Assembly (NCBI RefSeq): GCF_006345805.1
Contig: NC_043003.1
Location: 21,266,001 to 21,330,000 of the forward strand
Reading direction: 5' to 3'
DNA from: Octopus sinensis
Taxonomy: Eukaryota
DNA: 64,000 nt
The translations under genes and the position numbers were made by a program. Under the pieces are notes generated by a model. That model worked only from the letters and a program-made list of their open reading frames with translations, was not told where the DNA came from and did not search any database. Each line of letters starts with the position of its first letter. Position 1 is the first letter of the stretch. This document shows, piece after piece, positions 54,987-64,000 of the stretch.

Positions 54987-55155
54987 CATATACACGACAG
55001 GCTTCCTTCAGTTTCCGTCTACCAAATCCACTCACAATGCTTTGGTCAGCCCGAGGCTATAGTACAAGACACTTGCCCAAAGTGCCATGCAGTGGGACTA
55101 AACCCAGAACCATGTGGTTGGTAAGCAAGCTACTTGCTACACAGCCACTCCTGCG
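54738..55155 (-). mobile_element. SINE family A inserted antisense into a family-B SINE just upstream of exon 55210
   Basis: Family-B sequence ...TGCTGGCCTT is interrupted and resumes GCCTTGTGCCAAAATTTGAA at ~55155; GCCTT appears duplicated. Confidence 0.7.
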
Positions 55156-55209
55156 CCTTGTGCCAAAATTTGAAACAATTTTTAATGTTATGTATATTTT
55201 GTTTTTCAG

Positions 55210-55343
55210 GTTACTCTGAGTTGATGCGATTGCTCATTTACTCTGGTTTTTGTCCACGCCGCAAAGATAACTATGGCCAAACGCCACTTCATTTGGCCTG
55301 TATTAGTGGAAACCTTACAGCCGTTAAGGAGTTATGTGAACAG
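55210..55343 (+). CDS. Patsas: Next coding exon of the same Patsas-like gene (ankyrin repeat)
   Basis: Acceptor gtttttcAG at 55208-55209, donor CAG|GTATGA at 55344. Phase matches the previous exon (G+GT = Gly). Reads (G)YSELMRLLIYSGFCPRRKDNYGQTPLHLACISGNLTAVKELCEQ, continuing the ankyrin repeat; Patsas as recalled has GHADLMRLLMYSG...FGSTPLHLACLSGN. Confidence 0.88.
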
Positions 55344-56061
55344 GTATGACAATTTTTAATTTTTTTTCTCTTTTTCCTTATTCTTTTTCTTTTTCTTTCT
55401 GTTTAAGACTAGAGTATGAATATGAGGAAGATTTGATTGCTATTTCTAGCAACCATGTTGGGGCACAGTGTTAGGTACTGTAGTATAATGTTGCTGTTTA
55501 ATCCCAGGTCCTTTGGTGTACATGCTGCTTGAGGCAGTCTTTGAGTTTGTGCCCTTTCCCCATCAGTCCCTCTCCCTGTCAGGTCCCACTGCTCATCAGG
55601 CTCCTTCCCCATCATGCTCCCTCCCCATTGTGTTCTCAAGCCTATACAAGCTTATACGATATGCCCAAAAGTGTCCCCCACCACCTAAAAGGATGGACAC
55701 CCTCCAACTCCAGCTAGAACTACTGCCCAGGACAGCCCTGATCCAGCAGGACTATGTTTATAGGTATGCCCCATTATGAACAACCCATCTTTGTATAATA
55801 AAGTAAAGAAAAGTGGTGAGCTGGTAGAAACGTTAGCACGCCGGGCGAAATGCTTCGTGGTGTTTCATCTGCCACTGCATGCTGAGTTCAAATTCCACCA
55901 AGGTTGACTTTGCCTTTCATCCTTTCGGGGTCAATGAATTAAGTACCAGTTACGTACTTGGGTCAATATAATCGACTTAATCCGTTTGTCCTTGTTTGTC
56001 CCCTCTGTGTTTAGCCCCTTGTGGGCAATAAAGAAATAAGAAACCCATTCTGTATCTATAG

Positions 56062-56309
56062 CAGTGGTTCTCAACCAGGGTCCATATGGCCCTTGGGGTT
56101 CCATGTAAGATTTTGTTGCTAAAATTTATCTGCAATAATTTTGTTATACAATTCATGAAATATTTTCACAATTTTTTATACAGTTCCTAATAATATTTAA
56201 TTATAAAAATATGTGACTTTTTTAAAACATTGAATGTTTATTAGGGTCCAGTAGAGTAAAATAGGAATGAAAAGGGTCCATTGGCAAAAAAAAGTTGTTG
56301 GAAACATTG
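56062..56309. mobile_element. hAT (Charlie-like) MITE 1
   Basis: Starts CAGTGGTTCTCAACC and ends with a decayed ...TTGGAAACATTG; flanked by ATCTATAG and ATCTAGAC, similar to the NTCTAGAN Charlie target. Confidence 0.65.
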
Positions 56310-56317
56310 ATCTAGAC

Positions 56318-56971
56318 CAGTGGCAGCTCGCAGATAAAATTAGTGGAGGTGCTCTTCAGAAAATTTTGAGCCATTGTTTTAATATTGCGTAAAAGGAAAC
56401 AAACATATAAAAAGAAAATTTGTACATAAACTTAATTAGTTCATGTTTTAGCCATTACCGGGTTGTGTTTAATTTGTTCACTGAACACCGCTGTGAATTA
56501 CCCCTTGTTTTTCAAAAATCACCCCTATATCACAAATAAGGGGGTAAAAATTTGCCCTATTTTTCAAATCCTAGCAGTAACACTGAAGCTGGAAGCAGGA
56601 TAATAATCTAATTCTACACTTTATCACATTCAAGAATATAAACACATTCTTAAGCACAACACACATGAAGTCAAAAAGAAACTCTACCTTTCACCAGCAC
56701 ACCAGAGTCAGCACTGCATGAACCACAGTGCTCTCTCTCTCCCTAGCATTCAGCTTCCTATCTTAGACATGTGAGCATGCACACAACAGCCAAACACCAT
56801 GTCGCTGGAACTGTGAAGCGCACAGTTCTATTAAGCTTAAGGATTATATAATGTACAAGTATAAGGAAAGTATTAAAGAAAAAGGACTCATTATATTGAA
56901 TGTTTGTGATAATATTGAGAGGAAATAGGGGATGCTGCAGTTCCGCAGTGCCTATACACGAGCCACCACTG
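56318..56971. mobile_element. hAT MITE 2
   Basis: Starts CAGTGGCAGCTCG and ends CGAGCCACCACTG (imperfect TIR); 8-bp TSD ATCTAGAC (56310-56317) / ATTTAGAC (56972-56979). Confidence 0.72.
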
Positions 56972-57027
56972 ATTTAGACCTAAATACATTATCCTATGTC
57001 TCCTGCTTTTAAGACAGTAGTAGGGTG

Positions 57028-57365
57028 TGAAGGCACATGGCTCAGTAGTAGAGCATCAGGCTTGCAATCATGATATTGTGAGTTCAATTCCTGGACCAGG
57101 CTGTGTGTAGTATTCTTGAGCAAGACACTTTATTTCATGTTGCTCCAGTTCACTCAGCTGCAGAAACGAGTTGCAGCATCACTTGTGCCAAGCTGTATTG
57201 GACTTTGCCTTTCCCTTGGACAGCGTCGGTGGTGTGGAGAGGGGAGGCCGGTATGCATGGGCAACTGCTAGTCTTCCACAAAACAACCTTGCCCACACTT
57301 GTGCCTCAGATGGGAACTTTCTATATGCAATCCCATGGTCAGTCATGACCGAAGGAGGTCTTTTA
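57028..57365 (+). mobile_element. tRNA-derived SINE family C
   Basis: TGGCTCAGTAGTAGAGC (A-box like), GAGTTCAATTCC (B-box like), TTCTTGAGCAAGACACTTTATTTCA core. Relatives at about 5085-5215, 22085-22400, 52135-52340, 60885-61180 and 63090-63320. Confidence 0.7.
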
Positions 57366-57974
57366 GGGTATGATGTGAAGGAGATTCGACTGCTATTTCT
57401 GGCTGGGTTGAGCAACTACTTATAGGTTGGTTCCCTTGTTGGCTCATGCTGCTGCTGCATGTTGAGTGTGACATTGGCATAATGTACCTTGTTCTCCATG
57501 AACATGAACCCTACATGTGTAACTTCCAGGCCTTACTTTAATTTAAACTATTTTGGCATGTCTTCTGTTTGTTAAGACTACTTAGCTGTCAATTATTACA
57601 GCAAAGCTGTGGCATAAGCAGCCGCCTTAACAGGGGATGATGATGATGATGGTGCTGGTGGTGGGGCTGGTGTTATTGTTCTTGGTGGGGTGGTGGTGGC
57701 TTTTGTTGTTCACATGTGTAGTTCCTTATTGTTTTTGTTATTGTAGTAGTGGTGCTGGTGGAGTGAGGGGGGGGGGCAGGTGTTTTCTGATTCTGTCTAT
57801 GCTATCTAATTGACTTTGCTTGTCTGACAACTACCTGAAGATTTCAAGCTGTTTATCTGTCTGTTTGTCTGTCTGACTATTTGTTTAATGTTGTTTTCTG
57901 TCTGTCTGTCTGATTGGTTGCCTAACTGATTGGCTGTCTGTCTGTATTTATGCATACCAACAAATAAATACATG

Positions 57975-57977
57975 TGC

Positions 57978-58015
<38 letters not shown>

Positions 58016-58160
58016 GGTGGTGGTGGTGGTGTGGTGGTGGTGGTGGTGGTGGTGGTGGTGGTGGTGGTGGTGGTGGTGGTGGTAGTAGTAGTGGTGGTAG
58101 TAGTAGTAGTGGTAGTAGTAATAGTAGTGATAGTGGTAGTAGTAGTAGTAGTAGTAGTAG
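57975..58160. repeat. (GTA)n/(GTG)n trinucleotide microsatellite
   Basis: Visible directly. Confidence 0.95.
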
Positions 58161-58215
58161 AAATAGAAAGACTTTGGTACAGTATTATATATTTGTAAAA
58201 TTGAATAGAAATGGA

Positions 58216-58291
58216 TTTTCTGATAAGTTTTCCACTTTAATAATTAGATGTTTATAAGTCTAATTATTAAAGTGGAAAAATTATCAGAAAA
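58216..58291. repeat. 76-nt near-perfect hairpin (33-bp arms, 10-nt loop)
   Basis: TTTTCTGATAAGTTTTCCACTTTAATAATTAGA / TCTAATTATTAAAGTGGAAAAATTATCAGAAAA, one mismatch. Confidence 0.85.
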
Positions 58292-58374
58292 GCAGTTTTA
58301 TTCAATTTTTCAAAAATATATATATATACAGAGAGAGAGACCAAAGTGTATGTACACCGCTATATTTTTATATA

Positions 58375-58920
58375 TAAAAAATACAAAAATGGGACAAAAA
58401 CGCAAAACATCCAGACAGACGATACAAAGAAAACAAGGACGGGTCATTCAGAGTTTTCTTTCATCAGTCAAGTTCCAGATTATCTTTGCAATTTTGGCTG
58501 GTTATACTCGAGATTGCTCCAATCTGGCTAACCCCAAGGAAAAACTAAGCTAAGAGCACTAGATTCCTTGGAAGAAACCAGCAAATGTATACAAAAACAA
58601 GGACAGGAAAAAAACGGAGAAATGGTACATAAATACAAATAACAGGACATTCACAACGGGTGTCTTTCGACTAAGGACAAATTAAATTAAGCTGGCAGGG
58701 ACATAGGATTAGACAGGCACAGGGAGGAATACAGATGATGCACAGATGGTAGTCAAACCAAGAAAGAAAGGTCAGGCTTGGCTAAACACCAGTCATGTGG
58801 GGAGAGAAGAGAAAGAAGTAGAGGCAGAGGGATATCGGCTGTCTGGGTGTTTTGTTGTCCCTTTTTTGTATCACCTAACTGTCTGGATGTTTTGCGTTTT
58901 TGTCCCATTTTTGTATTTCA
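58375..58920 (-). repeat. Second copy of that repeat, with a perfect 38-bp terminal inverted repeat
   Basis: 58381-58418 ATACAAAAATGGGACAAAAACGCAAAACATCCAGACAG is the exact reverse complement of 58879-58916. Confidence 0.65.
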
Positions 58921-60363
58921 TATATATATATATATATATATACATACAAATAGGGGCTGCAATAAGGGTGGAGCACTTGCAGAAAACAGCACTGCTTGGA
59001 ACTGCTTGAATACTCCAGAAGGTGCTCGAAAAATAAGAGGTGTTACCTTAGTTCACTAGAAGTGAACAGCTGACACCGTAGTTTATATTTCTAGCGTTAG
59101 AAGCTGTGCAAAGGCAATAATAATAATAATAGTAATAATAATAATAATAATAATAATACTTTTTACTAAAGGCACAAGGCCTGAAATTTTCAGGGAGGGG
59201 ATTAGTCGATTACATCGACCCCAGTCTTTCACCAGTACTTATTCTATCAATCATGAAAGGCAAAGCCAACCTTAGCAGAATTTGAACTCAGAACGTAAGG
59301 ACAGATGAAATGCCAATAAGCATTTTGCTTGGCATGCTAACAATTCTGCCAGCTTGCCACTATATTAATGATAATAATAATAATAAAAATGGTGGTGGTG
59401 GTGATGGCAGCAGTTTCTATTGTTTCAAAATGATTAAGAACCAGAACAGTATTTAGTGTAGTTTACTGATTAATAACATGCTGTTTCCATTTGATAGTTA
59501 GTAAAGTAATTATCACTCTTAATATTTTAATCCTAACTGTTCACTTTTAATCCATGTAATGTCAGGGACTGCTCATATTTTATTAATTCACAGTGATGCT
59601 CAGTGGTTCAGGCATTTACTCACATCTCAGGATGCAGGGAGCTTCATATAAGGAAATAAAAGGAGTTGAGTTTTTAAAAACTTTGTTGCATTACTGAAAA
59701 CTGTGTCTTCAGTTCTACTTGCACAACATTCAAAATACATATAAAGGGGGTCAGACACTGCAAGTGAGTGGTATTGATTAACCATCTCAAAGAAATGTGC
59801 AAGGGGAAAATTAAATATAATAGCTTCTTGACTAGGAATTGAAACTACAATGCAAATGTTACAAGCATGCTTTTCTGATGATTTACCTCTGTCACCATTA
59901 TGATGCAAGTACAAAGAATATTCTTTCCTACTCAAGGCACAAGGCCCGAAATTTTGGGGGTGGGGGGTGCCAGTCGATTAGATCAACCCCAGTACGCAAG
60001 TGGTACTTAATTTATCGACCCCGAAAGGATGAAAGGCAAAGTCAACCTCGGCAGAATTTGAACTCAGAACATAAAGGCAGATGAAATACCTATTTCTTTA
60101 CTACCCACAAGGGGCTAAACACAGAGAGGACAAACAAGGATAGACAAATGGATTAAGTCGATTACATCGACCCCAGTGCGTAACTGGTACTTAATTTATC
60201 AACCCCAAAAGGATGAAAGGAAAAGTCGACCTCGGCGGAATTTGAACTCAGAACATAAAGGCAGATGAAATACAGCTAAGCATTTAGCCCGGCATGCTAA
60301 TGATTCTGCCAGCTCACCGCCTTAAATACAAAGAATGTTAGACTACTGGTGCATAAGTCTTAA

Positions 60364-60570
60364 CCCTTAAGCATTTAAACCAAGTATATCTGACCCAAAT
60401 ATTCTACCAGTTTTCTGTTCAAACTTGCCTGGTCTGACCTTTCACACATACCGTACAATGTCATTCTAAAAGTATAACACTCACATCATCAAAGTCTCAG
60501 GGCTACAAGATAATGCCTAATTAATTCAAAACAGCCATACATTTAGCAGAATAATCAGAATACCAAAGTA
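60364..60570. mobile_element. piggyBac-like MITE, copy 3
   Basis: TTAA (60360-60363) CCCTTAAGCATTT...AATACCAAAGTA TTAA (60571-60574). Confidence 0.6.
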
Positions 60571-61898
60571 TTAAAGCGTTTTTAAATTTGCATGTGTGTG
60601 GTGCACGCACACATGCGCACATATATTGAGGGTTGAGGGCAGGATTTCAGATCTCTTCCAGGTATTTTGTTGTATTCTTGGATAAGCCACTATGCTTTTC
60701 CTTCTCCATGCTGGCTCTGTGGATAAGTCATTTGCTTTGCAGTTATTCAATGTGAGTTCAATCCTGCTGACCAACACCTTAGACTCGTATGTGAAATTTG
60801 ATAGTAACTATACAGAAACCCATTGGATGTATATGTATATACAGTGATGCCTCTGCATCAATGCTGAATATTCATGATGAAGACATGTGACTTAGTGGTT
60901 AAGGTATTCAGTTCATAATCATAAGGTTGTGAGTTCAAAATCCAACAGTGCATTGTGTCCTTGAGTAAGACACTTCATTTCACATTGCTGCTAAAAATGA
61001 GTTATACCTGTAATTCAAAAAGCCTGCCCTGTCACATTCTGTTTCATACTGACTCTCCCTGAGAACTACATTAAGGGTAACTATGTCTGTGGAGTGCTCA
61101 GTCACTTGCATGTTAATTTCACAAGCAGGCTGGGGTCAACTGGAACCCTCATTGACATAACCAACAGAGTGCCAGTTATTTAAGATTTCTAGGTTTAGCT
61201 CTCAGCATATATATATATATCATAAGTTCTTGTGCACATATAACAGATTTCTGATATTAAAATCATTCATCATTTCTATCACACAAGAATGAAACTTAAA
61301 AGAACAAAACAAAAAAAAAATTATTGTTCTTGACATTATCTATATCCACTTTATTGAGTTTGTATAGTTACAGAGAGGATTAAGCTATCAGAAAAATAGG
61401 ACAAAACACAAAAAACAATTAAAGAAAGAAAATGTGAGCCAACAATTATCTGGAGATGTAATGACTTTGGGTGTAAATCCTATTCTCTCGCCTCCCCAGA
61501 AAAGAGTTGGGAACCTTCGGTGACTAAATACATAGTTTTTGGCAACCTTTGTGTGACTTACTTATTATAAGTGATTCTGATTTATTTTGCTTGGCATTGT
61601 AAACAATATTGTTATTGTTCAAGACATTATATATATATATATATATATAATAGAAATATGTTACAAACAGAAAATAGAAACTACACGTGGAAATGTAAGG
61701 GGAAAGTAAGAAGAAAAATAAGCGAAAATGCACATTGGAAATCAAAAAGAGTAAAGGCTTTTTATGAAAAGTAACGATAGATATATACAATTAGATGAAT
61801 TGAGGTAAGAATAAAAGCAATAAAATTCATTATTGTGAATTGGTAAAGAGATTTAAAAGCATACTGGTTTCGTGAATTTATTAATCATTGCTTTGATA

Positions 61899-62404
61899 TC
61901 TATATATATAAAACTCTAGTTGTGTGAGTGTCTGTCCCCTTCAATTTAGATTCCTAACTCCTCCCACATTTTGCGGTGCAGTTTAACCAAATTCGGGTAT
62001 CTTATAGTCGTGATTCATATCGAGCCCGTCTGACTATTAGCGCGCGTCAACGATGAGTCTACGATTTTAAAAATAATTTAACATCATTTTTTATTCCATT
62101 TTAATGCATAAAATGCATCGTATGTCGATGGTGGCGGAGTTGGCGTCCACGCTCACAGCTGCACCTGTTTGCTTCTCCCCCTTCCCTCCCTCGTGAAGCT
62201 GTGGTGAAGGGAGTGTAAAGAAATCAACGTCGTAATGCGTTGTGAAGGAAACCAGCATTCTTTTAGAACAACGACTTCATGGCTTGAAGACACCAAAACA
62301 AAAATGGCTAAGAAAGCCCAAATTTATAAGGGAAGTAACTCTCTAAAAATGCTTATATAGTTATTTCCCTTACAAACCCGAGCAACGCCGGGCGATACTG
62401 CTAG
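61899..62404 (+). mobile_element. Non-autonomous Helitron (506 bp)
   Basis: Inserted between A and T: A|TCTATATATATAAAA...CTAG|T. Subterminal GC hairpin CCCG-A-GC-AAC-GC-CGGG (62377-62392), 8 nt before the terminal CTAG. No TSD. CpG-rich relative to its flanks. Confidence 0.85.
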
Positions 62405-63359
62405 TATATATATATATCTTTAACTTGTTCCAGTCATTGGACTGTCATCATACTGGGGTACCACCTTGAAGAATGTGACTGATCAAAATATACCCCAGTC
62501 CCCTAATTTACAATATTGATGTTGAAGGACTCAAAGCACCTTACAGCCACAAGAAAATCAATGACAATGCATTCCAGAGCATTCAAGAGTTGTGTCATTA
62601 TCACCATCATCATCATCATTGTTATCACCATTTAATACCTGTTTTTCATGTTGTCATTAGTTGGATGGTTCAACAAGAGCTGGCAAGCCAGAAGACTGTG
62701 CTTAGCACTAATGTAGCTAGAGTGTGTGCTGCCCCTCATTTGCCACCCACCAGATCCCACAAAAATCATATATTGTCTATAGCAAACCCAAAATGCCAAC
62801 CAATTTACAGATTGTGCTGGGTGCTTTGTATGTGGCACCTGCACCCATGAGGTCACCACATAAAACAAATTTACTCAACTGAATTGGGGAATGATATTGA
62901 GGGTGGGGGGAGGCTTTGTGACAATTGATGAGTGATTATAGTATGATAGATGGACAGAAATAGGAGAGGAGAGAAGAGAGAGAGGATATGGTGGTGATTT
63001 ATTAGTGCAGAGATGGGGAGAAACGATGGTGGGGGAGACACATAGGTGGTACATGTGTCAAGTAGGGTTGAGTTGGTGGAGGTTGTGGCTTTGTGGTTAG
63101 GGGTGTTCGACTCATGGTCATAAGATTGTGGTTTCAATTCCTGGACTGAACAACGCATTGTGTTCTTGAGCAAAACACCTCATTTCATATTGCTCCACTC
63201 AGCTGGCAAAAATGAGCTATTCTGCAATGGACTGGTGTCCCATCCAGGTGGGGAGTATATATGCCACAGAAACCAGGAAACTGGCTCTTATGAGTCAGTA
63301 CGACTCAAAAAAGTAACTTTACCTTTAGCTAGAATTGGGTTGAAGTGGTTTACAATCAG

Positions 63360-63640
63360 CTTGCTCTTCTGAACAGAGGCCACTATGGTAGGGGTAAGAC
63401 AAACAGAATTTCAAGTCTGCGTATCTGTGGGTAAGAACTTGAGTTGTAATGGTGAGTGATTTCCTTCCAGCTCATTAAAGAGAGCAGGGATTTCCTTTGG
63501 ATGCTGGCTGGGCTGTTCTTGTGTACAACAACAGTAGCCCTGTCCCAGATGTAGGAGCATTATTCCATTGTGAGTTTCATTTGGATTCCTGTAGAGTTAC
63601 TTTTCTGTCAAACCCATAAAGGTTTTTCCACAAATTTTTC
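63360..63640 (-). mobile_element. Highly decayed CR1/L2/Jockey-group LINE ORF2 C-terminal fragment
   Basis: With frameshifts reads TME*CSYIWDRA...SIQRK...LTHRYADLKFCLSYPYHSGLCSEE, resembling the group pattern PxMEYCSHIWxGA...IQRKA...LSHRR...LFYRYYxGxCSxEL. Confidence 0.55.
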
Positions 63641-64000
63641 TTCATACTCATAGTCATTTCTTCATTTCTGTGACTGTTCCTATATAACTGTAGCCAACAC
63701 TATCCTTGTGGACCCTTCACTACACTTCTATTTATAGTCAGTACTGCCATCCCTAACAATATTTATAGTAAAAATTGTACTGAAACAATACATGTTTATC
63801 TGTGTGTAAGTTATAAAGGTCTGCTCATAGAGAAGGAGTTAATAATGGTAAGAGGGGGAGGCAAAATGAAAGAAAGAGAGAGGGAGAGAGAGAGTGAAAG
63901 AGAGAGAGAGATGTAACTATGATATTCTCAGCAGGAACAGACAATGTTATAACTATGTAACAGAAGACAGTATCATTCAAACAAATAATGTGATATCAAA

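Larger units (their letters stand above)
26305..55209 (+). other. ~28.9-kb phase-1 GT-AG intron of the Patsas-like gene, filled with transposons
   Basis: GT at 26305 and AG at 55208-55209; joining the flanking exons keeps the frame and completes an ankyrin repeat. A small additional exon inside cannot be excluded. Confidence 0.8.

Noticed and set aside
58430-58475. CTGATGA-AGA/TCT-GAAT as a hammerhead (also ~6258-6295)
   Set aside because: GAAT instead of GAAA, and no consistent stem I/III with a UH triplet.

Overview
AT-rich, repeat-dense animal genomic DNA, not prokaryotic. The SINE and microsatellite landscape looks like an octopus (coleoid cephalopod); that assignment is my recognition, not a database hit. 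The only host gene I can support is on the + strand: two coding exons (25898-26304 and 55210-55343) that splice in frame across a ~28.9-kb GT-AG intron. They encode consecutive ankyrin repeats resembling the N-terminus of Drosophila Patsas (ZDHHC13/17-like ankyrin-DHHC palmitoyltransferase). The DHHC domain is not in the window and the upstream exon(s) were not identified. The rest is intronic or intergenic repeat: several tRNA-derived SINE families (labelled A-D here; many nested), an R4/Dong retrotransposon with a long intact ORF inserted in a (TAA)n tract, and RTE, Tx1/L1 and CR1/L2-type LINE fragments. DNA elements are a Merlin (IS1595-like) transposon with both TIRs and an 8-bp TSD, a Helitron, and hAT, piggyBac, mariner and pogo-type MITEs or fragments. 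Several Penelope-type terminal repeats carry minimal hammerhead-ribozyme motifs, often as foldback inverted repeats. Most ORFs in the supplied track are microsatellite artefacts. I found no CRISPR array, rRNA or true tRNA gene, and nothing I can defend as a new biological system. The most interesting structure is in the transposon ecology. All coordinates were counted by hand and may be off by a few bases.
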